Assembly: GCA_002269645.1 (NCBI GenBank) | Contig: NIVC01003735.1 | Coordinates: forward strand, 1-21,007 | From: Macrostomum lignano | Taxonomy: Eukaryota | Reading direction: 5' to 3' | Length of the DNA stretch: 21,007 bases | Notes under the pieces: generated by a model | The model's database searches: none | What the model was told of the DNA's origin: nothing | The model's input: the letters and a program-made list of their open reading frames with translations, nothing else | Program-made: the position numbers and the translations under genes | In this document: positions 1 to 14,400 of the stretch, in pieces | Layout: every line of letters begins with the position of its first letter | How positions within the stretch are numbered: position 1 is the first letter of the stretch

Positions 1-604
1 GTGCAGGCAGTCAGTCTATTTGTGAATTTTCTGGGTGGATCTGAAGAAACCCGTCCGGCACAGGATTAAAGAGAAAGAGACGATCTGTTTTGGGTGAGTA
101 TTATCTGCTGTAGAAAGTATTGTACACCAGAGTAACTTGTGTTTACTTGGTAGAGCACAATTCAAAAGCAATGCAACAATCTCAGTGGCATTGTTGGGAC
201 ACAAGCTACAAACGCAATGAATAGTAAACACAGCCCAGCCTAGCTCAAGGCTAGTAATTTGTTGGGCATTTATTGGGACATTGCAGCCAGGCCTATTTTT
301 TGAACAGCATTTGTTGGGTCGCACTTATTGGGACAATACTGATTCTAATCGCGACTACTTCTGAGTTCTGACTTTTCAAAACAGACCCAGCATTAGTTGA
401 ACACGTTCTATTAAAGGGTTCCTTTATAGCCTATTAATGATTACTAAAGCAAGCCTATCTTAATTGATTTCTTTTCCTCGCAGATTCTGAAGTCAGCCAC
501 GCCAGCGACATGCCTAAGAGACAAGAATGCGCTTAACGATCAGCAGCGAGCATTCTGATCTCGCCGCTGCATCCGTCATTTGGTTCACTTGCTGCTCACA
601 AGCC

Positions 605-640
<36 letters not shown>

Positions 641-1260
641 AGCAGCAGCGCAGCAGCTCCGTGCAGGCAGTCAGTCTATTTGTGAATTTTCTGGTGGATC
701 TGAAGAAAACCCGTCCGGCACAGGATTAAAGAGAAAGAGACGATCTGTTTTGGGTGAGTATTATCTGCTGTAGAAGTATTGTACACCAGAGTACTTGTGT
801 TACTTGGTAGAGCACAATTCAAAAGCAATGCAACAATCTCAGTGGCATTGTTGGGACACAAGCTACAAACGCAATGAATAGTAAACACAGCCCAGCCTAG
901 CTCAAGGTAGTAATTTGTTGGCATTTATTGGGACATTGCAGCCAGGCCTATTTTTTGAACAGCATTTGTTGGGTCGCACTTATTGGGACAATACTGATTC
1001 TAATCGCGACTACTTCTGAGTTCTGACTTTTCAAAACAGACCCAGCATTAGTTGAACACGTTCTATTAAAGGGTTCCTTTATAGCCTATTAATGATTACT
1101 AAAGCAAGCCTATCTTAATTGATTTCTTTTCCTCGCAGATTCTGAAGTCAGCCACGCCAGCGACATGCCTAAGAGACAAGAATGCGCTTTAACGATCAGC
1201 AGCGAGCATTCTGATCTCGCCGCTGCATCCGTCATTTGGTTCACTTGCTGCTCACAAGCC

Positions 1261-1302
<42 letters not shown>

Positions 1303-3805
1303 GCTATCCGTGCAGGCAGTCAGTCTATTTGTGAATTTTCTGGTGGATCTGAAGAAAACCCGTCCGGCACAGGATTAAAGAGAAAGAGACGATCTGTTTT
1401 GGGTGAGTATTATCTGCTGTAGAAGTATTGTACACCAGAGTACTTGTGTTACTTGGTAGAGCACAATTCAAAAGCAATGCAACAATCTCAGTGGCATTGT
1501 TGGGACACAAGCTACAAACGCAATGAATAGTAAACACAGCCCAGCCTAGCTCAAGGCTAGTAATTTGTTGGGCATTTATTGGGACATTGCAGCCAGGCCT
1601 ATTTTTTGAACAGCATTTGTTGGGTCGCACTTATTGGACAATACTGATTCTAATCGCGACTACTTCTGAGTTCTGACTTTTCAAAACAGACCCAGCATTA
1701 GTTGAACACGTTCTATTAAAGGGTTCCTTTATAGCCTATTAATGATTACTAAAGCAAGCCTATCTTAATTGATTTCTTTTCCTCGCAGATTCTGAAGTCA
1801 GCCACGCCAGCGACATGCCTAAGAGACAAGAATGCGCTTTAACGATCAGCAGCGAGCATTCTGATCTCGCCGCTGCATCCGTCATTTGGTTCACTTGCTG
1901 CTCACAAGCCGCAGCAGCAGCAGCAGCAAGCAGCCGCTATCCGTGCAGGCAGTCAGTCTATTTGTGAATTTTCTGGTGATCTGAAGAAAACCCGTCCGGC
2001 ACAGGATTAAAGAGAAAGAGACGATCTGTTTTGGGTGAGTATTATCTGCTGTAGAAGTATTGTACACCAGAGTACTTGTGTTACTTGGTAGAGCACAATT
2101 CAAAAGCAATGCAACAATCTCAGTGGCATTGTTGGGACACAAGCTACAAACGCAATGAATAGTAAACACAGCCCAGCCTAGCTCAAGGCTAGTAATTTGT
2201 TGGGCATTTATTGGGACATTGCAGCCAGGCCTATTTTTTGAACAGCATTTGTTGGGTCGCACTTATTGGGACAATACTGATTCTAATCGCGACTACTTCT
2301 GAGTTCTGACTTTTCAAAACAGACCCAGCATTAGTTGAACACGTTCTATTAAAGGGTTCCTTTATAGCCTATTAATGATTACTAAAGCAAGCCTATCTTA
2401 ATTGATTTCTTTTCCTCGCAGATTCTGAAGTCAGCCACGCCAGCGACATGCCTAAGAGACAAGAATGCGCTTTAACGATCAGCAGCGAGCATTCTGATCT
2501 CGCCGCTGCATCCGTCATTTGGTTCACTTGCTGCTCACAAGCAGCGCAGCAGCAGCAGCAGCAGCAGCCGCTATCCGTGCAGGCAGTCAGTCTATTTGTG
2601 AATTTTCTGGTGGATCTGAAGAAAACCCGTCCGGCACAGGATTAAAGAGAAAGAGACGATCTGTTTTGGGTGAGTATTATCTGCTGTAGAAGTATTGTAC
2701 ACCAGAGTACTTGTGTTACTGGTAGAGCACAATTCAAAAGCAATGCAACAATCTCAGTGGCATTGTTGGGACACAAGCTACAAACGCAATGAATAGTAAA
2801 CACAGCCCAGCAGCCTAGCTCAAGGCTAGTAATTTGTTGGGCATTTATTGGGACATTGCAGCCAGGCCTATTTTTTGAACAGCATTTGTTGGGTCGCACT
2901 TATTGGGACAATACTGATTCTAATCGCGACTACTTCTGAGTTCTGACTTTTCAAAACAGACCCAGCATTAGTTGAACACGTTCTATTAAAGGGTTCCTTT
3001 ATAGCCTATTAATGATTACTAAAGCAAGCCTATCTTAATTGATTTCTTTTCCTCGCAGATTCTGAAGTCAGCCACGCCAGCGACATGCCTAAGAGACAAG
3101 AATGCGCTTTAACGATCAGCAGCGAGCATTCTGATCTCGCCGCTGCATCCGTCATTTGGTTCACTTGCTGCTCACAAGCCAGCAGCAGCAGCAGCAGCAG
3201 CAGCCGCTATCCGTGCAGGCAGTCAGTCTATTTGTGAATTTTCTGGTGGATCTGAAGAAAACCCGTCCGGCACAGGATTAAAGAGAAAGAGACGATCTGT
3301 TTTGGGTGAGTATTATCTGCTGTAGAAGTATTGTACACCAGAGTACTTGTGTTACTTGGTAGAGCACAATTCAAAAGCAATGCAACAATCTCAGTGGCAT
3401 TGTTGGGACACAAGCTACAAACGCAATGAATAGTAAACACAGCCCAGCCTAGCTCAAGGCTAGTAATTTGTTGGGCATTTATTGGGACATTGCAGCCAGG
3501 CCTATTTTTTGAACAGCATTTGTTGGGTCGCACTTATTGGGACAATACTGATTCTAATCGCGACTACTTCTGAGTTCTGACTTTTCAAAACAGACCCAGC
3601 ATTAGTTGAACACGTTCTATTAAAGGGTTCCTTTATAGCCTATTAATGATTACTAAAGCAAGCCTATCTTAATTGATTTCTTTTCCTCGCAGATTCTGAA
3701 GTCAGCACGCCAGCGACATGCCTAAGAGACAAGAATGCGCTTTAACGATCAGCAGCGAGCATTCTGATCTCGCCGCTGCATCCGTCATTTGGTTCACTTG
3801 CTGCT

Positions 3806-3843
<38 letters not shown>

Positions 3844-4447
3844 GCTATCCGTGCAGGCAGTCAGTCTATTTGTGAATTTTCTGGTGGATCTGAAGAAAAC
3901 CCGTCCGGCACAGGATTAAAGAGAAAGAGACGATCTGTTTTGGGTGAGTATTATCTGCTGTAGAAGTATTGTACACCAGAGTACTTGTGTTACCTGGTAG
4001 AGCACAATTCAAAAGCAATGCAACAATCTCAGTGGCATTGTTGGGACACAAGCTACAAACGCAATGAATAGTAAACACAGCCCAGCCTAGCTCAAGGCTA
4101 GTAATTTGTTGGGCATTTATTGGGACATTGCAGCCAGGCCTATTTTTTGAACAGCATTTGTTGGGTCGCACTTATTGGGACAATACTGATTCTAATCGCG
4201 ACTACTTCTGAGTTCTGACTTTTCAAAACAGACCCAGCATTAGTTGAACACGTTCTATTAAAGGGTTCCTTTATAGCCTATTAATGATTACTAAAGCAAG
4301 CCTATCTTAATTGATTTCTTTTCCTCGCAGATTCTGAAGTCAGCAACGCCAGCGACATGCCTAAGAGACAAGAATGCGCTTTAACGATCAGCAGCGAGCA
4401 TTCTGATCTCGCCGCTGCATCCGTCATTTGGTTCACTTGCTGCTCAC

Positions 4448-4479
<32 letters not shown>

Positions 4480-5711
4480 GCTATCCGTGCAGGCAGTCAG
4501 TCTATTTGTGAATTTTCTGGTGGATCTGAAGAAAACCCGTCCGGCACAGGATTAAAGAGAAAGAGACGATCTGTTTTGGGTGAGTATTATCTGCTGTAGA
4601 AGTATTGTACACCAGAGTACTTGTGTTACCTGGTAGAGCACAATTCAAAAGCAATGCAACAATCTCAGTGGCATTGTTGGGACACAAGCTACAAACGCAA
4701 TGAATAGTAAACACAGCCCAGCCTAGCTCAAGGCTAGTAATTTGTTGGGCATTTATTGGGACATTGCAGCCAGGCCTATTTTTTGAACAGCATTTGTTGG
4801 GTCGCACTTATTGGGACAATACTGATTCTAATCGCGACTACTTCTGAGTTCTGACTTTTCAAAACAGACCCAGCATTAGTTGAACACGTTCTATTAAAGG
4901 GTTCCTTTATAGCCTATTAATGATTACTAAAGCAAGCCTATCTTAATTGATTTCTTTTCCTCGCAGATTCTGAAGTCAGCACGCCAGCGACATGCCTAAG
5001 AGACAAGAATGCGCTTTAACGATCAGCAGCGAGCATTCTGATCTCGCCGCTGCATCCGTCATTTGGTTCACTTGCTGCTCACAAGCCGCAGCAGCAGCAG
5101 CAGCAGCAGCCGCTATCCGTGCAGGCAGTCAGTCTATTTGTGAATTTTCTGGTGGATCTGAAGAAAACCCGTCCGGCACAGGATTAAAGAGAAAGAGACG
5201 ATCTGTTTTGGGTGAGTATTATCTGCTGTAGAAGTATTGTACACCAGAGTACTTGTGTTACTGGTAGAGCACAATTCAAAAGCAATGCAACAATCTCAGT
5301 GGCATTGTTGGGACACAAGCTACAAACGCAATGAATAGTAAACACAGCCCAGCCTAGCTCAAGGCTAGTAATTTGTTGGGCATTTATTGGGACATTGCAG
5401 CCAGGCCTATTTTTTGAACAGCATTTGTTGGGTCGCACTTATTGGGACAATACTGATTCTAATCGCGACTACTTCTGAGTTCTGACTTTTCAAAACAGAC
5501 CCAGCATTAGTTGAACACGTTCTATTAAAGGGTTCCTTTATAGCCTATTAATGATTACTAAAGCAAGCCTATCTTAATTGATTTCTTTTCCTCGCAGATT
5601 CTGAAGTCAGCAACGCCAGCGACATGCCTAAGAGACAAGAATGCGCTTTAACGATCAGCAGCGAGCATTCTGATCTCGCCGCTGCATCCGTCATTTGGTT
5701 CACTTGCTGCT

Positions 5712-5750
<39 letters not shown>

Positions 5751-6984
5751 GCTATCCGTGCAGGCAGTCAGTCTATTTGTGAATTTTCTGGTGGATCTGA
5801 AGAAAACCCGTCCGGCACAGGATTAAAGAGAAAGAGACGATCTGTTTTGGGTGAGTATTATCTGCTGTAGAAGTATTGTACACCAGAGTACTTGTGTTAC
5901 TGGTAGAGCACAATTCAAAAGCAATGCAACAATCTCAGTGGCATTGTTGGGACACAAGCTACAAACGCAATGAATAGTAAACACAGCCCAGCCTAGCTCA
6001 AGGCTAGTAATTTGTTGGGCATTTATTGGGACATTGCAGCCAGGCCTATTTTTTGAACAGCATTTGTTGGGTCGCACTTATTGGGACAATACTGATTCTA
6101 ATCGCGACTACTTCTGAGTTCTGACTTTTCAAAACAGACCCAGCATTAGTTGAACACGTTCTATTAAAGGGTTCCTTTATAGCCTATTAATGATTACTAA
6201 AGCAAGCCTATCTTAATTGATTTCTTTTCCTCGCAGATTCTGAAGTCAGCACGCCAGCGACATGCCTAAGAGACAAGAATGCGCTTTAACGATCAGCAGC
6301 GAGCATTCTGATCTCGCCGCTGCATCCGTCATTTGGTTCACTTGCTGCTCACAAGCCGCAGCAGCAGCAGCAGCAGCAGCAGCCGCTATCCGTGCAGGCA
6401 GTCAGTCTATTTGTGAATTTTCTGGTGGATCTGAAGAAAACCCGTCCGGCACAGGATTAAAGAGAAAGAGACGATCTGTTTTGGGTGAGTATTATCTGCT
6501 GTAGAAGTATTGTACACCAGAGTACTTGTGTTACTGGTAGAGCACAATTCAAAAGCAATGCAACAATCTCAGTGGCATTGTTGGGACACAAGCTACAAAC
6601 GCAATGAATAGTAAACACAGCCCAGCCTAGCTCAAGGCTAGTAATTTGTTGGGCATTTATTGGGACATTGCAGCCAGGCCTATTTTTTGAACAGCATTTG
6701 TTGGGTCGCACTTATTGGGACAATACTGATTCTAATCGCGACTACTTCTGAGTTCTGACTTTTCAAAACAGACCCAGCATTAGTTGAACACGTTCTATTA
6801 AAGGGTTCCTTTATAGCCTATTAATGATTACTAAAGCAAGCCTATCTTAATTGATTTCTTTTCCTCGCAGATTCTGAAGTCAGCCACGCCAGCGACATGC
6901 CTAAGAGACAAGAATGCGCTTTAACGATCAGCAGCGAGCATTCTGATCTCGCCGCTGCATCCGTCATTTGGTTCACTTGCTGCT

Positions 6985-7023
<39 letters not shown>

Positions 7024-7626
7024 GCTATCCGTGCAGGCAGTCAGTCTATTTGTGAATTTTCTGGTGGATCTGAAGAAAACCCGTCCGGCACAGGATTAAA
7101 GAGAAAGAGACGATCTGTTTTGGGTGAGTATTATCTGCTGTAGAAGTATTGTACACCAGAGTACTTGTGTTACTGGTAGAGCACAATTCAAAAGCAATGC
7201 AACAATCTCAGTGGCATTGTTGGGACACAAGCTACAAACGCAATGAATAGTAAACACAGCCCAGCCTAGCTCAAGGCTAGTAATTTGTTGGGCATTTATT
7301 GGGACATTGCAGCCAGGCCTATTTTTTGAACAGCATTTGTTGGGTCGCACTTATTGGGACAATACTGATTCTAATCGCGACTACTTCTGAGTTCTGACTT
7401 TTCAAAACAGACCCAGCATTAGTTGAACACGTTCTATTAAAGGGTTCCTTTATAGCCTATTAATGATTACTAAAGCAAGCCTATCTTAATTGATTTCTTT
7501 TCCTCGCAGATTCTGAAGTCAGCCACGCCAGCGACATGCCTAAGAGACAAGAATGCGCTTTAACGATCAGCAGCGAGCATTCTGATCTCGCCGCTGCATC
7601 CGTCATTTGGTTCACTTGCTGCTCAC

Positions 7627-7661
<35 letters not shown>

Positions 7662-10171
7662 GCTATCCGTGCAGGCAGTCAGTCTATTTGTGAATTTTCT
7701 GGTGGATCTGAAGAAAACCCGTCCGGCACAGGATTAAAGAGAAAGAGACGATCTGTTTTGGGTGAGTATTATCTGCTGTAGAAGTATTGTACACCAGAGT
7801 ACTTGTGTTACTTGGTAGAGCACAATTCAAAAGCAATGCAACAATCTCAGTGGCATTGTTGGGACACAAGCTACAAACGCAATGAATAGTAAACACAGCC
7901 CAGCCTAGCTCAAGGCTAGTAATTTGTTGGGCATTTATTGGGACATTGCAGCCAGGCCTATTTTTTGAACAGCATTTGTTGGGTCGCACTTATTGGGACA
8001 ATACTGATTCTAATCGCGACTACTTCTGAGTTCTGACTTTTCAAAACAGACCCAGCATTAGTTGAACACGTTCTATTAAAGGGTTCCTTTATAGCCTATT
8101 AATGATTACTAAAGCAAGCCTATCTTAATTGATTTCTTTTCCTCGCAGATTCTGAAGTCAGCACGCCAGCGACATGCCTAAGAGACAAGAATGCGCTTTA
8201 ACGATCAGCAGCGAGCATTCTGATCTCGCCGCTGCATCCGTCATTTGGTTCACTTGCTGCTCACAAGCCAGCAGCAGCAGCAGCAGCAGCAGCCGCTATC
8301 CGTGCAGGCAGTCAGTCTATTTGTGAATTTTCTGGTGGATCTGAAGAAAACCCGTCCGGCACAGGATTAAAGAGAAAGAGACGATCTGTTTTGGGTGAGT
8401 ATTATCTGCTGTAGAAGTATTGTACACCAGAGTACTTGTGTTACTTGGTAGAGCACAATTCAAAAGCAATGCAACAATCTCAGTGGCATTGTTGGGACAC
8501 AAGCTACAAACGCAATGAATAGTAAACACAGCCCAGCCTAGCTCAAGGCTAGTAATTTGTTGGGCATTTATTGGGACATTGCAGCCAGGCCTATTTTTTG
8601 AACAGCATTTGTTGGGTCGCACTTATTGGGACAATACTGATTCTAATCGCGACTACTTCTGAGTTCTGACTTTTCAAAACAGACCCAGCATTAGTTGAAC
8701 ACGTTCTATTAAAGGGTTCCTTTATAGCCTATTAATGATTACTAAAGCAAGCCTATCTTAATTGATTTCTTTTCCTCGCAGATTCTGAAGTCAGCCACGC
8801 CAGCGACATGCCTAAGAGACAAGAATGCGCTTTAACGATCAGCAGCGAGCATTCTGATCTCGCCGCTGCATCCGTCATTTGGTTCACTTGCTGCTCACAA
8901 GCGCAGCAGCAGCAGCAGCAGCAGCAGCCGCTATCCGTGCAGGCAGTCAGTCTATTTGTGAATTTTCTGGTGGATCTGAAGAAAACCCGTCCGGCACAGG
9001 ATTAAAGAGAAAGAGACGATCTGTTTTGGGTGAGTATTATCTGCTGTAGAAGTATTGTACACCAGAGTACTTGTGTTACTGGTAGAGCACAATTCAAAAG
9101 CAATGCAACAATCTCAGTGGCATTGTTGGGACACAAGCTACAAACGCAATGAATAGTAAACACAGCCCAGCCTAGCTCAAGGCTAGTAATTTGTTGGGCA
9201 TTTATTGGGACATTGCAGCCAGGCCTATTTTTTGAACAGCATTTGTTGGGTCGCACTTATTGGGACAATACTGATTCTAATCGCGACTACTTCTGAGTTC
9301 TGACTTTTCAAAACAGACCCAGCATTAGTTGAACACGTTCTATTAAAGGGTTCCTTTATAGCCTATTAATGATTACTAAAGCAAGCCTATCTTAATTGAT
9401 TTCTTTTCCTCGCAGATTCTGAAGTCAGCCACGCCAGCGACATGCCTAAGAGACAAGAATGCGCTTTAACGATCAGCAGCGAGCATTCTGATCTCGCCGC
9501 TGCATCCGTCATTTGGTTCACTTGCTGCTCACAAGCCGCAGCAGCAGCAGCAGCAGCAGCAGCAGCCGCTATCCGTGCAGGCAGTCAGTCTATTTGTGAA
9601 TTTTCTGGTGGATCTGAAGAAAACCCGTCCGGCACAGGATTAAAGAGAAAGAGACGATCTGTTTTGGGTGAGTATTATCTGCTGTAGAAGTATTGTACAC
9701 CAGAGTACTTGTGTTACTTGGTAGAGCACAATTCAAAAGCAATGCAACAATCTCAGTGGCATTGTTGGGACACAAGCTACAAACGCAATGAATAGTAAAC
9801 ACAGCCCAGCCTAGCTCAAGGCTAGTAATTTGTTGGGCATTTATTGGGACATTGCAGCCAGGCCTATTTTTTGAACAGCATTTGTTGGGTCGCACTTATT
9901 GGGACAATACTGATTCTAATCGCGACTACTTCTGAGTTCTGACTTTTCAAAACAGACCCAGCATTAGTTGAACACGTTCTATTAAAGGGTTCCTTTATAG
10001 CCTATTAATGATTACTAAAGCAAGCCTATCTTAATTGATTTCTTTTCCTCGCAGATTCTGAAGTCAGCCACGCCAGCGACATGCCTAAGAGACAAGAATG
10101 CGCTTTAACGATCAGCAGCGAGCATTCTGATCTCGCCGCTGCATCCGTCATTTGGTTCACTTGCTGCTCAC

Positions 10172-10203
<32 letters not shown>

Positions 10204-10803
10204 GCTATCCGTGCAGGCAGTCAGTCTATTTGTGAATTTTCTGGTGGATCTGAAGAAAACCCGTCCGGCACAGGATTAAAGAGAAAGAGACGATCTGTTT
10301 TGGGTGAGTATTATCTGCTGTAGAAGTATTGTACACCAGAGTACTTGTGTTACTGGTAGAGCACAATTCAAAAGCAATGCAACAATCTCAGTGGCATTGT
10401 TGGGACACAAGCTACAAACGCAATGAATAGTAAACACAGCCCAGCCTAGCTCAAGGCTAGTAATTTGTTGGGCATTTATTGGGACATTGCAGCCAGGCCT
10501 ATTTTTTGAACAGCATTTGTTGGGTCGCACTTATTGGGACAATACTGATTCTAATCGCGACTACTTCTGAGTTCTGACTTTTCAAAACAGACCCAGCATT
10601 AGTTGAACACGTTCTATTAAAGGGTTCCTTTATAGCCTATTAATGATTACTAAAGCAAGCCTATCTTAATTGATTTCTTTTCCTCGCAGATTCTGAAGTC
10701 AGCCACGCCAGCGACATGCCTAAGAGACAAGAATGCGCTTTAACGATCAGCAGCGAGCATTCTGATCTCGCCGCTGCATCCGTCATTTGGTTCACTTGCT
10801 GCT

Positions 10804-10844
<41 letters not shown>

Positions 10845-11447
10845 GCTATCCGTGCAGGCAGTCAGTCTATTTGTGAATTTTCTGGTGGATCTGAAGAAAA
10901 CCCGTCCGGCACAGGATTAAAGAGAAAGAGACGATCTGTTTTGGGTGAGTATTATCTGCTGTAGAAGTATTGTACACCAGAGTACTTGTGTTACTTGGTA
11001 GAGCACAATTCAAAAGCAATGCAACAATCTCAGTGGCATTGTTGGGACACAAGCTACAAACGCAATGAATAGTAAACACAGCCCAGCCTAGCTCAAGGCT
11101 AGTAATTTGTTGGGCATTTATTGGGACATTGCAGCCAGGCCTATTTTTTGAACAGCATTTGTTGGGTCGCACTTATTGGGACAATACTGATTCTAATCGC
11201 GACTACTTCTGAGTTCTGACTTTTCAAAACAGACCCAGCATTAGTTGAACACGTTCTATTAAAGGGTTCCTTTATAGCCTATTAATGATTACTAAAGCAA
11301 GCCTATCTTAATTGATTTCTTTTCCTCGCAGATTCTGAAGTCAGCACGCCAGCGACATGCCTAAGAGACAAGAATGCGCTTTAACGATCAGCAGCGAGCA
11401 TTCTGATCTCGCCGCTGCATCCGTCATTTGGTTCACTTGCTGCTCAC

Positions 11448-11485
<38 letters not shown>

Positions 11486-14400
11486 GCTATCCGTGCAGGC
11501 AGTCAGTCTATTTGTGAATTTTCTGGTGGATCTGAAGAAAACCCGTCCGGCACAGGATTAAAGAGAAAGAGACGATCTGTTTTGGGTGAGTATTATCTGC
11601 TGTAGAAGTATTGTACACCAGAGTACTTGTGTTACTTGGTAGAGCACAATTCAAAAGCAATGCAACAATCTCAGTGGCATTGTTGGGACACAAGCTACAA
11701 ACGCAATGAATAGTAAACACAGCCCAGCCTAGCTCAAGGCTAGTAATTTGTTGGGCATTTATTGGGACATTGCAGCCAGGCCTATTTTTTGAACAGCATT
11801 TGTTGGGTCGCACTTATTGGGACAATACTGATTCTAATCGCGACTACTTCTGAGTTCTGACTTTTCAAAACAGACCCAGCATTAGTTGAACACGTTCTAT
11901 TAAAGGGTTCCTTTATAGCCTATTAATGATTACTAAAGCAAGCCTATCTTAATTGATTTCTTTTCCTCGCAGATTCTGAAGTCAGCCACGCCAGCGACAT
12001 GCCTAAGAGACAAGAATGCGCTTTAACGATCAGCAGCGAGCATTCTGATCTCGCCGCTGCATCCGTCATTTGGTTCACTTGCTGCTCACAAGCCGCAGCA
12101 GCAGCAGCAGCAGCAGCCGCTATCCGTGCAGGCAGTCAGTCTATTTGTGAATTTTCTGGTGGATCTGAAGAAAACCCGTCCGGCACAGGATTAAAGAGAA
12201 AGAGACGATCTGTTTTGGGTGAGTATTATCTGCTGTAGAAGTATTGTACACCAGAGTACTTGTGTTACTGGTAGAGCACAATTCAAAAGCAATGCAACAA
12301 TCTCAGTGGCATTGTTGGGACACAAGCTACAAACGCAATGAATAGTAAACACAGCCCAGCCTAGCTCAAGGCTAGTAATTTGTTGGGCATTTATTGGGAC
12401 ATTGCAGCCAGGCCTATTTTTTGAACAGCATTTGTTGGGTCGCACTTATTGGGACAATACTGATTCTAATCGCGACTACTTCTGAGTTCTGACTTTTCAA
12501 AACAGACCCAGCATTAGTTGAACACGTTCTATTAAAGGGTTCCTTTATAGCCTATTAATGATTACTAAAGCAAGCCTATCTTAATTGATTTCTTTTCCTC
12601 GCAGATTCTGAAGTCAGCCACGCCAGCGACATGCCTAAGAGACAAGAATGCGCTTTAACGATCAGCAGCGAGCATTCTGATCTCGCCGCTGCATCCGTCA
12701 TTTGGTTCACTTGCTGCTCACAAGCCGCAGCAGCAGCAGCAGCAGCAGCAGCAGCCGCTATCCGTGCAGGCAGTCAGTCTATTTGTGAATTTTCTGGTGG
12801 ATCTGAAGAAAACCCGTCCGGCACAGGATTAAAGAGAAAGAGACGATCTGTTTTGGGTGAGTATTATCTGCTGTAGAAGTATTGTACACCAGAGTACTTG
12901 TGTTACTTGGTAGAGCACAATTCAAAAGCAATGCAACAATCTCAGTGGCATTGTTGGGACACAAGCTACAAACGCAATGAATAGTAAACACAGCCCAGCC
13001 TAGCTCAAGGCTAGTAATTTGTTGGGCATTTATTGGGACATTGCAGCCAGGCCTATTTTTTGAACAGCATTTGTTGGGTCGCACTTATTGGGACAATACT
13101 GATTCTAATCGCGACTACTTCTGAGTTCTGACTTTTCAAAACAGACCCAGCATTAGTTGAACACGTTCTATTAAAGGGTTCCTTTATAGCCTATTAATGA
13201 TTACTAAAGCAAGCCTATCTTAATTGATTTCTTTTCCTCGCAGATTCTGAAGTCAGCCACGCCAGCGACATGCCTAAGAGACAAGAATGCGCTTTAACGA
13301 TCAGCAGCGAGCATTCTGATCTCGCCGCTGCATCCGTCATTTGGTTCACTTGCTGCTCACAAGCCAGCAGCAGCAGCAGCAGCAGCAGCCGCTATCCGTG
13401 CAGGCAGTCAGTCTATTTGTGAATTTTCTGGTGGATCTGAAGAAAACCCGTCCGGCACAGGATTAAAGAGAAAGAGACGATCTGTTTTGGGTGAGTATTA
13501 TCTGCTGTAGAAGTATTGTACACCAGAGTACTTGTGTTACTGGTAGAGCACAATTCAAAAGCAATGCAACAATCTCAGTGGCATTGTTGGGACACAAGCT
13601 ACAAACGCAATGAATAGTAAACACAGCCCAGCCTAGCTCAAGGCTAGTAATTTGTTGGGCATTTATTGGGACATTGCAGCCAGGCCTATTTTTTGAACAG
13701 CATTTGTTGGGTCGCACTTATTGGGACAATACTGATTCTAATCGCGACTACTTCTGAGTTCTGACTTTTCAAAACAGACCCAGCATTAGTTGAACACGTT
13801 CTATTAAAGGGTTCCTTTATAGCCTATTAATGATTACTAAAGCAAGCCTATCTTAATTGATTTCTTTTCCTCGCAGATTCTGAAGTCAGCCACGCCAGCG
13901 ACATGCCTAAGAGACAAGAATGCGCTTTAACGATCAGCAGCGAGCATTCTGATCTCGCCGCTGCATCCGTCATTTGGTTCACTTGCTGCTCACAAGCCAG
14001 CAGCAGCAGCAGCAGCAGCAGCCGCTATCCGTGCAGGCAGTCAGTCTATTTGTGAATTTTCTGGTGGATCTGAAGAAAACCCGTCCGGCACAGGATTAAA
14101 GAGAAAGAGACGATCTGTTTTGGGTGAGTATTATCTGCTGTAGAAGTATTGTACACCAGAGTACTTGTGTTACTTGGTAGAGCACAATTCAAAAGCAATG
14201 CAACAATCTCAGTGGCATTGTTGGGACACAAGCTACAAACGCAATGAATAGTAAACACAGCCCAGCCTAGCTCAAGGCTAGTAATTTGTTGGGCATTTAT
14301 TGGGACATTGCAGCCAGGCCTATTTTTTGAACAGCATTTGTTGGGTCGCACTTATTGGGACAATACTGATTCTAATCGCGACTACTTCTGAGTTCTGACT

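Noticed and set aside
1403-1788. Intronic C/D-box snoRNA (ATGATTA and CTGA motifs)
   Set aside because: The C-like box is imperfect and lies downstream of the intronic CTGA motifs, which is the wrong order. There is no terminal stem.
3991-4115. U1 snRNA-like TTACCTGG followed about 110 nt later by an Sm-like AATTTGTTGG; also a spliced-leader RNA array idea
   Set aside because: TTACCTGG occurs in only two units. There is no U1 stem-loop I/II sequence or ATTGCAC loop between the motifs, and no Sm site close behind the GTGAGT donor. The unit also has a strong acceptor, which fits a cis-spliced exon better.
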